This document shows positions 1 through 9,779 of a DNA stretch of 60,427 bases, piece by piece (position 1 is the first letter of the stretch; every line of letters starts with the position of its first letter). Source of the DNA: a virus (lineage: Duplodnaviria; Caudoviricetes); the IMG/VR virus record IMGVR_UViG_3300046171_000156, positions 1 to 60,427 of that record; one strand, written 5' to 3'. The notes below the pieces were generated by a model. The model was not told the DNA's origin, searched no databases, and saw only the letters and a program-made list of their open reading frames with translations. A program made the translations under genes and the position numbers.

Positions 1-22
1 TCTTGACTCAAAACAACCATAA
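1..22 (+). CDS. C-terminal end (LDSKQP*) of the tail protein that starts at 59785 and wraps round
   Basis: Window ends gtt att cg and starts t ctt gac tca aaa caa cca taa, giving VIR-LDSKQP*; followed by SD AAGGAG for the next gene. Confidence 0.7.
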
Positions 23-33
23 GGAGATAAAAA

Positions 34-492
34 ATGGCAATATCGTCTGCAATATGCAACACTTTTAAGAGAGATCTTTTAAAAGGTAAGCATGATTTTG
101 ACTCGTCTGGTGGAGATACCTTCAAGATTGCATTATATACTTCATCTGCAAGCTTAGGAGCAACTACAACAGACTATGCAACTACTAACGAAATAACAAA
201 CACATCTGGTTCTGCTTACACAGCAGGAGGCAAAGCTTTAACTAATAACGGTGTAACAGGGAGTTCTTCAGCAACAACAGCTTTTGTTGATTTTGCGGAT
301 GCTCAATTTACATCAGCTAGTTTTACAGCAAACGGAGCATTAATTTATAACACCACAACTGATGGTGGCTCTGGTACAACAGATGCAGTTTGTGTATTAG
401 CATTCGGCGGTGATTTCACAGCATCAAACGGTACGTTTACTGTGCAATTCCCAGCAGCAAATACAAGTGACGCTATTATAAGAATTTCGTAG
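34..492 (+). CDS. Virion structural (tail-associated) protein
   Basis: 152 aa, T/S/A/G-rich beta protein, SD AAGGAG, lies in tail module. Confidence 0.7.
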   Translation: MAISSAICNTFKRDLLKGKHDFDSSGGDTFKIALYTSSASLGATTTDYATTNEITNTSGSAYTAGGKALTNNGVTGSSSATTAFVDFADAQFTSASFTANGALIYNTTTDGGSGTTDAVCVLAFGGDFTASNGTFTVQFPAANTSDAIIRIS

Positions 493-501
493 GGGGACTA
501 A

Positions 502-997
502 ATGGCTTAGTCCTCAACGATCGTGTTAAAGAAACCACGACTACAACTGGCACAGGAGCAATAACGCTCGCTGGTGCTGTTTCTAGTTTTGAAACTTTTG
601 CTGCGGGTGTTGGTAATAGTAATACAACGTATTACGCTATCGTACATCAAACAGCCATGAGTTGAAGTTGGTCTTGGTACACTTAACGTGATAGCTCAAC
701 AATAACAAGAACGACAGTTATATCTAGCTCTAACAGTGATTCTGCTGTAAACTTTTCTTCAGGCACAAAAGATGTATTTTGTACGTTCCTGCAAGTAAAA
801 CAATGGATAATGGTACTTACTACACAAGGTGATGTGCCGTATGCCTCTGCAGCAAATACACCTGCACGTTTAGCACTAGGATCGGCTGGTCAAGTATTAC
901 AAGTTAACGCTGGTGCAACAGCTCCTGAATGGGCTACATGGCTTCATCAAGTGGTGTTAGTGCTGGCTTCGTAATTGCAATGTCGGTGGCACTCTGA
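502..997 (+). CDS. Tail-associated structural protein, broken by several single-base indels
   Basis: Reconstructs as MA(L)VLNDRVKETTTTTGTGAITLAGAVSSFETFAAGVGNSNTTYYAIVHQ...EVGLGTL...KDVFCT...AGFVIAMSVAL*; frames shift at short homopolymers. Confidence 0.65.
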
Positions 998-1010
998 TAC
1001 AAGGATATAT

Positions 1011-1338
1011 ATGGCACAAGATTTTGAAAACGCAAAAGCAAGAAATATAGGAACCTCAGCTTCTACTATTCTTACAGCTAACTCTGATGATGCAGTTATT
1101 GGTATTCGTGTTGCTAATGTAGTAACACAAACAATACAAGTAGATGTGTATATCAGCAGTGGTGGTAATGATTATTACCTGGCTAAAAACGTCAGCATCC
1201 CTCAAGGATCTAGTATGGAATTTATTGACGGCGGTGCAAAAGTGAATTTATTAACGGGAGATGCTGTAAAAGTTGAAAGCGATACAGGCTAGTTCAGCAG
1301 ATTGTTGGTTATCGTATATTGACAGCATAAGCACGTAA
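1011..1338 (+). CDS. Small virion/tail protein (one frameshift near 1288)
   Basis: MAQDFENAKARNIG...; SD AAGGA at about 1001; C-terminus ...DTASSADCWLSYIDSIST* in a shifted frame. Confidence 0.65.
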
Positions 1339-1347
1339 GGAGAGTAA

Positions 1348-1791
1348 ATGGGTTATATTGGACCAAAAAATAGTGATCAGTTTAAATCCATGTCTACACA
1401 GACAATTACGGGTGATGGGTCGGCAACAACATTTACCTTAAATACACCTGTAGCAAATTCGTCAGAAATAAGATTTGTTGTTAATAACGTCGTACAAAAA
1501 CCAGATGTTGATTACACAGCAAGTGGCACACAATTATCTACAGGCTCAAATGTATTGGCAGGTTCAGATGCAGCGTATGTTGTAAACGTAGGAGCTGCCG
1601 TTGGATCACAAACTCCAGATACAGGTAGTGTTGATCATACTGCGATTAACCCAAGCTTTAATGGTATGTATTTAAATTTAGCAACAATTACTTCAACAGT
1701 AACAATAACAGCAACACAAAATGCTTTTGTAGCAGGACCTGTTAACTATACAGGCACTGTGACAGTAGCAGGAACATTAACGGTAATATAA
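1348..1791 (+). CDS. Tail-fibre adaptor/hub protein, copy 1
   Basis: Starts MGYIGP, paralogous to 5040..5513, heads a run of fibre genes. Confidence 0.6.
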   Translation: MGYIGPKNSDQFKSMSTQTITGDGSATTFTLNTPVANSSEIRFVVNNVVQKPDVDYTASGTQLSTGSNVLAGSDAAYVVNVGAAVGSQTPDTGSVDHTAINPSFNGMYLNLATITSTVTITATQNAFVAGPVNYTGTVTVAGTLTVI

Positions 1792-2363
1792 TGGGAACTT
1801 TATTCGTAGACAAATTAGATCCACAAAGTGGAACGTCATTAGAGATTGGTAGTTCAGGCGACACGATCACGATTCCGTCAGGGGCAACGATTACAAATAG
1901 CGGGACTGCTACGGGGTTTGGTATTAGTTCGGCTAATACTCCTTCTTTTGCAGTAAAACAATCTGGTGATCAAAGTATACCAAATGCAACAAATACACTT
2001 ATTACATTTAATACTGAAGATTTTGATACAGATAGTGCTTATGATACTTCAAATTATCGTTTTGTAGTTCCCAGTGGTAAAGCAGGAAAATATTTTTTTA
2101 GTGCTAGATTGTATATGGAGTATGGAAACAATGCAAACGAGTTGGGAAGATTACAAATAGCAAAAAATGGAACTGCTGAAGCAATATTTGGTGGATTAGC
2201 AAATGGAACAGAAAATCAAGGTAAATCTTTATCAATAAATACAATTTTAGATTTAGCAGTAAGTGATTATGTAGATGTTAGAATGTATCATAGTCAAGGC
2301 GGCTCTCAATCTACTGCTGCTGATCCAGATTTTACATATTTTTATGGATATAAATTAACATGA
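1791..2363 (+). CDS. Receptor-binding/fibre protein, type-A anchor plus C1q-like tip
   Basis: N-terminal IGxSGDTIxIP repeat; C-terminal FxxEDFDTxxAY...F.VP.G.AGKYFF pattern typical of C1q-like jelly roll. Confidence 0.65.
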   Translation: MGTLFVDKLDPQSGTSLEIGSSGDTITIPSGATITNSGTATGFGISSANTPSFAVKQSGDQSIPNATNTLITFNTEDFDTDSAYDTSNYRFVVPSGKAGKYFFSARLYMEYGNNANELGRLQIAKNGTAEAIFGGLANGTENQGKSLSINTILDLAVSDYVDVRMYHSQGGSQSTAADPDFTYFYGYKLT

Positions 2364-2387
2364 TAACAATTTTAAAAGGAGGTCTAT

Positions 2388-2723
2388 ATGGCAAGTCTAT
2401 CAACTAAGGTTAGTCTTTATTGTACCGCAAACAGCAAAACGGCTGATTTCGGTCCAGGAGGCAATGTATCTTTACAGGATGACTCTGACGGTAAAGGCCC
2501 GTACATAAAAACGTGGAGCGTGGACGGTTTAACAAAACCAACGGATGCTCAATTAGCGAATTATGAAACGGCAGGCAATACCGAAGAGACAAACAATACT
2601 GTAAAAAGTACAAGAAAAGCGGCTTATGGTGATATTGGCGATCAGCTGGACGAGATATACAAGAATATTGATTCTTGGAAAGCTCGCATCAAGTCGATCA
2701 AAGATGCAAACCCTAAATCGTAA
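2388..2723 (+). CDS. Fibre assembly/chaperone-like protein (XkdW-like N-terminus)
   Basis: LQDDSDGKGPYIKTW...KPTDAQL and RKAAYGDIGDQLD...W...IK..NPK motifs; follows a fibre gene. Confidence 0.55.
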   Translation: MASLSTKVSLYCTANSKTADFGPGGNVSLQDDSDGKGPYIKTWSVDGLTKPTDAQLANYETAGNTEETNNTVKSTRKAAYGDIGDQLDEIYKNIDSWKARIKSIKDANPKS

Positions 2724-2734
2724 AGGAGTAAAAA

Positions 2735-3379
2735 TTGAGTAAAGTACAAGTAGATACTATTGATACCAGATCTGGAACGTCTACCATGCAAATTGGTAGC
2801 ACGAACACGTCTACTATTAACATAGGCGTTTCAGGTGACACGATCAACATCCCGTCAGGGGTGACGATCGCTAACGCTGGTACGGCTACTGGCTTTGCTT
2901 CTGCTGTTACACCAGACAATTTACAGTATCTTTCATTAAGTGGTAATCAAACAATATCGGCAAATACAATGACAACTATTACAGGTTGGAGTAATGGTCA
3001 AATAGCTGATCGATTATTAATTAATTATGGTACACAATATGCCACCAATTCATCTGGGATTATTAGTTTTTCTACAGAAGGATATTATCATGTAGTATTA
3101 AGAACTTCTGGGAGTACAACTGGAGCAAGTAATGTAAATGCGTATATTAATTCTACAACAAACAATTCGTCATATGCAGACGCAATAGATGTTAATGTTG
3201 GAACTTTTGGTAGTGGTGGTTTTAATTACTACATGGACGGAATATTTAAAATTACAGACACTTCAAATCATAAATTACAAATGCAAATTTATATGCCGTC
3301 AAACGGTGGAGAAGTTGCAGGAAACTCAACAAGATTATTTTGTATGGCAACTGGGGATACTTCATGGGATACAGATTAA
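2735..3379 (+). CDS. Receptor-binding/fibre protein, type-A anchor
   Basis: TTG start after AAGGAG; IGVSGDTINIPSG anchor; variable tip. Confidence 0.6.
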   Translation: MSKVQVDTIDTRSGTSTMQIGSTNTSTINIGVSGDTINIPSGVTIANAGTATGFASAVTPDNLQYLSLSGNQTISANTMTTITGWSNGQIADRLLINYGTQYATNSSGIISFSTEGYYHVVLRTSGSTTGASNVNAYINSTTNNSSYADAIDVNVGTFGSGGFNYYMDGIFKITDTSNHKLQMQIYMPSNGGEVAGNSTRLFCMATGDTSWDTD

Positions 3380-3383
3380 TATC

Positions 3384-3959
3384 ATGAGCACACTAAAAGT
3401 AGACACAATACTCAAGCGTACGGGCACTGGCACGATAACCGTGGGCCAGTCAGGGGATACCATTAGCATTCCTTCAGGGGCAACCTTATCTGCTTCTGGT
3501 TTAGGAAAAATTGGTCAAGTTCTTCAAACTACAAAAACAGATACAACTTCTATTTCATCAGCAACATTTGCACAAATATCAGGACTTACTATATCTATAA
3601 CACCAAGTGCAACTTCAAGTAAAATTTTATGTTTTGCACAATTAAGTTTAGGTAATGATTCTACCACAAATTATTTACGATTAATGCGTGATACTACAAG
3701 TATTTTTCAATCGGATGCAGCAAGTAATAGACCACAAGCAACTTTTGGATATAACGCATCTGGTCAATACAATATGGTTACAGTTCCTATGGTTTATTTG
3801 GACTCGCCATCAAGTACAAGTGCAATAACATATTCAATTTATTGGAGAAGTGATGGATCGGCTACATCATACTTAAATAGAACAGTAGGAGATAGAGATA
3901 CAGCAAATTATGATCCTAGAGGAACTTCATCAATAACTGTAATGGAGGTATTAGCATAA
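3384..3959 (+). CDS. Receptor-binding/fibre protein, type-A anchor
   Basis: True start MSTLKVDTI at 3384 (track ORF 3189 over-extended); GKIGQVLQT...ITPSATSSKIL...SITVMEV tip. Confidence 0.65.
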   Translation: MSTLKVDTILKRTGTGTITVGQSGDTISIPSGATLSASGLGKIGQVLQTTKTDTTSISSATFAQISGLTISITPSATSSKILCFAQLSLGNDSTTNYLRLMRDTTSIFQSDAASNRPQATFGYNASGQYNMVTVPMVYLDSPSSTSAITYSIYWRSDGSATSYLNRTVGDRDTANYDPRGTSSITVMEVLA

Positions 3960-4261
3960 TGACAGATATAACAAAATCAATAAAAGCAATAAATCCTAAC
4001 GCAGAATTTTCTGTTAACGCTGAAGATTATAATCAAATAACTTGGTTAAATGGAACAACACCAATAGCAGTTGACACTATAAAAACTAAACAAGCAGAAC
4101 TGCAAACAGAATACACTAATAATAAATACCAAAGAGATAGAGCAGAATCTTATCCAAGTATTCAAGATCAATTAGACATGCAATACTGGGACAAAGTTAA
4201 TTCAACAACAACTTGGCAAGACGCAATTGCTAAGGTAAAATCGGACAACCCAAAAGGATAA
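3959..4261 (+). CDS. Fibre assembly/chaperone-like protein
   Basis: I.AINPNAEF...ITW..GTTPI...YQRDRAESYPSIQDQLDMQYWD...VKSDNPK; TAATG coupling to fibre gene. Confidence 0.6.
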   Translation: MTDITKSIKAINPNAEFSVNAEDYNQITWLNGTTPIAVDTIKTKQAELQTEYTNNKYQRDRAESYPSIQDQLDMQYWDKVNSTTTWQDAIAKVKSDNPKG

Positions 4262-4262
4262 C

Positions 4263-4880
4263 ATGGCATTTGCAACAATAGGAACAAGAGGAATACAAGC
4301 ACAGTCAGTAGACTTGTCAAGCAAGGTCACTGGCACGTTGCCCGTCCCTAATGGTGGACTAGGCATAGCGTCAGGAACCACGGGACAATTTTTAAAATTT
4401 ACAGGCACCGAAACTTTAGCTAGTTCAGCAGACAATGCTGGTAAAATAGTTCAAACAAAAATGGAAGGTAATTATAACTGGTCTGGAGATGCAAGTTCAA
4501 CCTCCGAAACTTATGCTGGGTTTGGTAATGAAATTACTATTACCCCAACAAGTTCATCTAACGCCTTGTTATTTCAAATGATGATTTCAGATGTTTCTTG
4601 TGGAAATAATATTGGAATAAGAATAGATATTTATGATAAAACTAATTCAACTTGGGTAGCTGGATCAACATCAAGAAAAGCATCTGTACATAATGGTAGT
4701 AGCACAGCTCGTAATGCTCCATTTACTCTTATGGAAATATTAGAAACTGCTGGAAGTGGAGCAAGAACATATCAAGGATATTATAGAACAGAAACTGCTG
4801 GAGAAACTGCTTATATTAATAATGGTGGCTCTAATGGTTTTGTAAGATTTTGCATAATGGAGGTTGTTAAAGATGACTAA
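4263..4880 (+). CDS. Receptor-binding/fibre protein, type-B anchor
   Basis: VDLSSKVTGTLPVPNGG anchor shared with 8206; GKIVQT...ITPTSSSN...IMEV tip related to 3384. Confidence 0.6.
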   Translation: MAFATIGTRGIQAQSVDLSSKVTGTLPVPNGGLGIASGTTGQFLKFTGTETLASSADNAGKIVQTKMEGNYNWSGDASSTSETYAGFGNEITITPTSSSNALLFQMMISDVSCGNNIGIRIDIYDKTNSTWVAGSTSRKASVHNGSSTARNAPFTLMEILETAGSGARTYQGYYRTETAGETAYINNGGSNGFVRFCIMEVVKDD

Positions 4881-5040
4881 ACAAATTAGATTGGCAGAAG
4901 CAATATTATCTTTAAATGCAAGTGCAATATTTTCCCATGAAGGAGATGATATAATTTGGTATGATGGCACAACACCTATCGCTATTGAAGATATAAAAGC
5001 AGAACAAGCAAGATTACAAGACATAGAGGACGCAAAGTAA
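4873..5040 (+). CDS. Short fibre chaperone-like protein (55 aa, missed by ORF track)
   Basis: MTKQIRLAEAILSLNASAIFSHEGDDIIWYDGTTPIAIEDIKAEQARLQDIEDAK*, similar to the N-half of 3959; SD GGAGG. Confidence 0.65.
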   Translation: MTKQIRLAEAILSLNASAIFSHEGDDIIWYDGTTPIAIEDIKAEQARLQDIEDAK

Positions 5041-5513
5041 TGGGATATATAGGACCAGGATTAGAGTTTGGAGCGTTCCAGAAAATAGATGACATTAGTT
5101 CAGGATTTAACGGATCGGCAACCCAGTTTAATGTACAGATAGGTGGTACCACAGCAGAGATTGCAAGTCTTAATCAGCTTATTATTTCTATATCAGGTGT
5201 CATTCAAGAGCCTAACAGTGCATTTACTTTTGGTAGTTCTCGTAGTACAATAGCATTTACAGGACCACCAGCAGCAACAGATACGTTCTTTGGTATCTTA
5301 CTAGGGAATAGTTTTGATGCAGGAACGCCTGCCGATGCGAGTATCGGGTACTCAAAACTAACAACAATAAACGGAGTATACAGAAACGTGCAAACACTAA
5401 CACAGAATTTAACATTAGCAGCAAGTGACAACGCACTTGTAGCAGGACCATTTACGGTACAATCTGGTTCAACCTTAACCGTACCATCAGGAGCAACGTT
5501 TGTTATCGTATGA
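5040..5513 (+). CDS. Tail-fibre adaptor/hub protein, copy 2
   Basis: Starts MGYIGP; DDISSGFNGSATQF...GVIQEP...NALVAGPFTV, paralogous to 1348. Confidence 0.6.
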   Translation: MGYIGPGLEFGAFQKIDDISSGFNGSATQFNVQIGGTTAEIASLNQLIISISGVIQEPNSAFTFGSSRSTIAFTGPPAATDTFFGILLGNSFDAGTPADASIGYSKLTTINGVYRNVQTLTQNLTLAASDNALVAGPFTVQSGSTLTVPSGATFVIV

Positions 5514-6745
5514 GCACTATTGAAGTAAATAAAATTACACCTGTTTCTGGTGGAACGACAGTTCAAGTTGGGGAGTCAGGTGACACGATTAACATACCTG
5601 CTGGAGCAACTATAGCAAATGCAGGAACCTCTACTGGTTTTGGTGATTCACTAAGACCTAATGCAATGCCGTTGATGGTGAATGGTTCGATGGCCGTAGC
5701 CCAACGTGGAACTTCTGCAACTGGTAAAACTACAAGTGGTATTTATACTGTTGATAGAATGAGTTTAACTACAGACAGCATAGGTACTTACACTGTTGCA
5801 CAAGAAGCACAAACAAGTGGTAATGCTTTTGCTAATGGATTTGCTAATGCTTGGAGAGTTGATTGTACTACAGCAGATGCTTCTCCTGGAGCTTCGGATC
5901 AACTGGAAATGCAATATACTTTTGAAGGTCAAGACCTACAAGTATTTAAGAAAGGCACAGCTAATGCAGAAAAGTATACTTTAGCATTTTGGGTTAAATC
6001 TAATAAAACTGGTACTGGTAATATTCAACTTAAAGATAAAGATAATTCAAACAGACAATGTACACAATCATACACAATTTCTAGTGCTGACACATGGGAG
6101 CATAAGGTGTGTGTATTTGGTGCAGATACTACAGGTGCTATGGATGATGATAACGCAAAAAGTTTAATTATTAATTGGTGGTTAGGAAGTGGAACAGATT
6201 TTTCTAGCGGCTCAGCTAATCATGGTGTCTGGGAAGCTCAAGATAATACTAAAGTTAATGCTGGCGGCACATTAAACATTAATGATAACACAGCTAACGA
6301 TTGGGCGATTACAGGAATACAATTAGAAGTAGGCGAATATACTTCTTCTACTTTACCACCTTTTCAATTTGAAAGTTATGGAGATAATTTAGCTAGATGT
6401 CAAAGATATTATTATTTCCACGTTAGTGAAGCTGAAAATGGTGGAACAGATACTACAATTTCTTTAACTTCTCAATATAACTCTTCTTCCATGAAAGGTT
6501 TTATAAGTTTTCCAACACAAATGAGGACTAAACCAACTTTAAAACAAAACACAGGAAGTAATATGTACCGAGTATATGAAAATGGTTCTAACGCAACTAT
6601 GACAAGTCTTACTTTATCAGCAGAAACTACTTATAATACTGCTGTATTTACAGCAGGTTCTACTATTTCAGTTACTTCAGGGTCTAGTGGTACACTACAA
6701 ACAATGGACAGCACAGCTTTTGTTGCTTTTGATTCGGAGTTATAA
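5510..6745 (+). CDS. Receptor-binding/fibre protein with carbohydrate-binding-like domain, type-A anchor
   Basis: NGSMAVAQRGT...YTVDR...ITGIQLEVG...LARCQRYY pattern of phage tail-fibre lectin-like domains. Confidence 0.7.
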   Translation: MSTIEVNKITPVSGGTTVQVGESGDTINIPAGATIANAGTSTGFGDSLRPNAMPLMVNGSMAVAQRGTSATGKTTSGIYTVDRMSLTTDSIGTYTVAQEAQTSGNAFANGFANAWRVDCTTADASPGASDQLEMQYTFEGQDLQVFKKGTANAEKYTLAFWVKSNKTGTGNIQLKDKDNSNRQCTQSYTISSADTWEHKVCVFGADTTGAMDDDNAKSLIINWWLGSGTDFSSGSANHGVWEAQDNTKVNAGGTLNINDNTANDWAITGIQLEVGEYTSSTLPPFQFESYGDNLARCQRYYYFHVSEAENGGTDTTISLTSQYNSSSMKGFISFPTQMRTKPTLKQNTGSNMYRVYENGSNATMTSLTLSAETTYNTAVFTAGSTISVTSGSSGTLQTMDSTAFVAFDSEL

Positions 6746-6747
6746 TT

Positions 6748-6942
6748 ATGTTTGAAGGATGCACAATAAAATATTTTAAAGATACTATGACAGATAAAAA
6801 TACATCTATAATGGTTACTTATCCAGCAAATGAAAATGGAATTAGTAAAGCAATGTCAGTACCTTTAGACGAAGCTAACACAGACTATCAAAATATTCTT
6901 CAATGGGTAGCAGATGGTAATACAATAGCGGAGGCTGATTAA
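6748..6942 (+). CDS. Fibre chaperone-like small protein
   Basis: SVPLDEANTDYQNILQWVADGNTIAEAD motif; follows fibre gene. Confidence 0.6.
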   Translation: MFEGCTIKYFKDTMTDKNTSIMVTYPANENGISKAMSVPLDEANTDYQNILQWVADGNTIAEAD

Positions 6943-7505
6943 TGGTATCACAAATTAAAGTAAACGAAATCATCAAGCAGTCTGGATCGTCAATATCTAT
7001 TGGTGAGTCAGGGGACACGATTACGTTGCCATCAACTGCAACGCTTACTAACTTTCCAACAAACACACCTTTAGTTCAAGCAGGATTTTCTAGTGCTTCT
7101 CAATCTATATCATCAGGATCTGACACAGAAATAGTTTACACTGTAGTTACAAAAGAAACACCAAGTGGTAAGTTTAGTACATCAACTGGTAGATTCACAC
7201 CAGGTGTTGTAGGATTTTATTATGTAAATGCTTTAGCAAGGATAAACGCTGGTAATGGAGCAGGAGAATTTGGTAATTTACAAATTAGAGTAAATGGACA
7301 AGCCTCAACATCTGGTTCAACACAAGGACCAACTTATAGAAGGTATCAAGACGATGGTGCTGAAAACAGTTTTGAAGTTAGTGGCATTATAGAACTAACA
7401 AGTGTTACAGATTACATTTCTGTATTTATTTATCAAAGTCAGGGTGGTAGTCAAACTTTACAACCAAATCATACAAACTTTTCAGCATATAGGTTAATAA
7501 CATGA
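6942..7505 (+). CDS. Receptor-binding/fibre protein, type-A anchor plus C1q-like tip
   Basis: IGESGDTITLP anchor; FSTSTGRFTPGVVGFYYV C1q-like pattern. Confidence 0.65.
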   Translation: MVSQIKVNEIIKQSGSSISIGESGDTITLPSTATLTNFPTNTPLVQAGFSSASQSISSGSDTEIVYTVVTKETPSGKFSTSTGRFTPGVVGFYYVNALARINAGNGAGEFGNLQIRVNGQASTSGSTQGPTYRRYQDDGAENSFEVSGIIELTSVTDYISVFIYQSQGGSQTLQPNHTNFSAYRLIT

Positions 7506-8206
7506 GCAGTGAAATAAAAGCAGATAAGTGGTCCCCCGCTAGTGGAACGTCCGCAACGATCGGTGACTCAGGTGACACGTATACCGTACCAACGGGTGCT
7601 AACTTTACTGTAACGGACGAATTAAAAACTAATAAGATCTCTCCAGCATCGGGTACATCTTTCACGTTGGGGGACTCAGGTGATACGTTTACAATTCCTG
7701 CTGGAGCAACAATAACAAATTCTGGCACAGCAAATGGTTTTGGAAGTGCTGTAGCAGGTACAGAAGGATTTAAAGTATCTTTAAGCTCTAATCAATCTCC
7801 TAGTGAAGGTGTTTGGACAAAAATTCAATTTGATAATGAAATAATTGATGCTGGAAATAATTTTTCATCTTATAAATATACTGTTCCTACAACAGGTACT
7901 TATTTATTTAATATTAATTTGTCCGCTGCAACTGATGGAAGTTATGGTGTAGATAATTTTATGGCTCAACTTTATAAAAATGGAAGTTTATTATCAGGTC
8001 AAAATTCTATCTTTGGATTACCAACTCACTTAGCCTCTGCTGGTTTTGATACAGGAAGTATTGGCTGGGCAGTATATTTAAGTGCAAGTGCTAGTGATTA
8101 TTTTGAGGTTTACGGAAGAATTAATCGTAATAGTAATGCAACAACGCAAAACTTTTATTCTGATAGTAATAGAAGAACAGAGTTTTCAGGATTTAGGGTA
8201 ACATAA
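7502..8206 (+). CDS. Receptor-binding/fibre protein with doubled type-A anchor plus C1q-like tip
   Basis: SPASGTSxxxGDSGDT occurs twice; IQFDNEIID...YTVPTTGTYLF. Confidence 0.65.
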   Translation: MSSEIKADKWSPASGTSATIGDSGDTYTVPTGANFTVTDELKTNKISPASGTSFTLGDSGDTFTIPAGATITNSGTANGFGSAVAGTEGFKVSLSSNQSPSEGVWTKIQFDNEIIDAGNNFSSYKYTVPTTGTYLFNINLSAATDGSYGVDNFMAQLYKNGSLLSGQNSIFGLPTHLASAGFDTGSIGWAVYLSASASDYFEVYGRINRNSNATTQNFYSDSNRRTEFSGFRVT

Positions 8207-8770
8207 TGGCACTAACTAGACTAGGACTGAATCAATCAATTAACTTAGCTACTAATACTACAGGTACGCTTGGTGTAGCTAATGGTGGAACGGGATTAAC
8301 GTCTGGTTTTGTTAATGGTGGAGGAGTTACCGAAGCTGACCAATGGAGATTAACTGCAGGTGTTACATCTAACGCAGATATTACTTCTAACTTAGAAAGA
8401 GTTGATAATAGTGGTTTTTCAAAAATTGGAACAGGTTGGTCGCAAAGTTCTGGTATTTTTTCTGCTCCTTCAACTGGAATATATAAAATTAAATTTACAA
8501 TACAAGGCTATGGTACATCTGGTGATAATATAAATGGTTACATAAAAATAACTACAAATAATTCAAGTTATAGTGCCTGTAGCAAGATGTAATTTTTCTG
8601 GTGTTGGTAGTTATAATGTGTCTAGCACAGAATTTTATTTTGATGTTACTGATACATCAACTCATAAATGCAAATTTGAATTAACTTCTATTGGTGGTAG
8701 TGCAGAAGTAGTTGGTAACACAGATGAAACTTGGACATACTTTACATTTATTCGTCTAGGAGATACATAA
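8206..8770 (+). CDS. Receptor-binding/fibre protein, type-B anchor (one frameshift near 8578)
   Basis: INLATNTTGTLGVANGG anchor; track ORFs 8206 and 8573 join if one C is removed. Confidence 0.6.
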
Positions 8771-8771
8771 A

Positions 8772-9070
8772 ATGATAGAGATTATTTACAAGAAGCATTA
8801 GCACAATTTAATAAAGACAAACATCAATGGTATGGTTGGAAAAAAAATTATACTGGAGATAAAAGAATGGCTTATGAAAATATTATTTTAAATGATGATA
8901 CTGCAACGATACCTAGTGAAGCTGATGTTAATGCAAAAATACAAGAAATAAAAGATGCAGATACATTAAAAGCAAATGCAAAAACAACAGGCAAAGCTAA
9001 ATTAAAATCAGGTGATGCTTTAACTGATGCTGAAATAAAAGCATTGTTTGGAGACGAGGCTAACAGCTAA
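8772..9070 (+). CDS. Fibre chaperone-like protein (start damaged by 1-nt deletion)
   Basis: Reconstructs M(D)RDYLQEALAQFNKDKHQWYGWKK...MAYENIILND...; in frame with track ORF 8867. Confidence 0.55.
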
Positions 9071-9771
9071 TGACCTTTGCAGCCTCTTCATTCGCTGAGG
9101 CAGCTTTTTCCTCACAAGGAATAAGTGATGTCGAAATTGCCGTTACAGGTGTATCACTAAACTCGGCTCTCGGTACAGCAAGCGTTGTAGCGATTGCTAA
9201 TCCTAATGTTAATGTTACAGGAGTCACAGCTTCTGTTACGCTTGGTGGATCAGGTGTATCCGCAGGTGGTAATGCAGAGGTAACAGTTGTTGGTCAAGCA
9301 CTTAGCACGGCCCTTGGTAATGAAGCCATTGTTGTTGACTCTCCTAATATTAGTGTCACAGGATTTGGTTTAAGTACTACGCTTGGTAATCCAACATACT
9401 TTAGTAGTACAAATCCACAGCCTGCTGGCGAAGAAATATCCACGGCTCTCGGAACAGTAACTGTTGAAGGTGTACAAAATATCAACATTACACTTACAGG
9501 TTTTGGTCTTAGTACAACCTTAAATAATAGTGGCATTGTCGTAAACACAAACGCTGATCCAGCGATTACACCATTGACGTTAATGTCAATGGACCTAGGC
9601 AATATTAGTGTTCAATTAAATGGAGATGTTGCTGTTACAGGCTTTGGAATGACGATGTCTTTATCGGATGCTACGGCCGTTTATGCATGGACGGAAGTTG
9701 ATGATTCTGTTACAACAACATGGACAGAAGTCGATGATTCTGCTACAATGACGTGGAGAGACGCAGCATAG
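9070..9771 (+). CDS. Beta-rich virion structural protein with internal repeats
   Basis: Repeated VTG.xL.x.LG units and terminal WTEVDDS repeats. Confidence 0.55.
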   Translation: MTFAASSFAEAAFSSQGISDVEIAVTGVSLNSALGTASVVAIANPNVNVTGVTASVTLGGSGVSAGGNAEVTVVGQALSTALGNEAIVVDSPNISVTGFGLSTTLGNPTYFSSTNPQPAGEEISTALGTVTVEGVQNINITLTGFGLSTTLNNSGIVVNTNADPAITPLTLMSMDLGNISVQLNGDVAVTGFGMTMSLSDATAVYAWTEVDDSVTTTWTEVDDSATMTWRDAA

Positions 9772-9779
9772 GATAATTT

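Noticed and set aside
8560-8600. Programmed frameshift in a tail gene (also near 1288, 15797, 56840)
   Set aside because: No slippery heptamers; similar indels occur genome-wide, consistent with sequencing error
1348-9070. Diversity-generating retroelement or invertase shufflon behind the fibre array
   Set aside because: No reverse transcriptase or recombinase recognised, no template/variable repeat pair, and all cassettes are full genes on one strand
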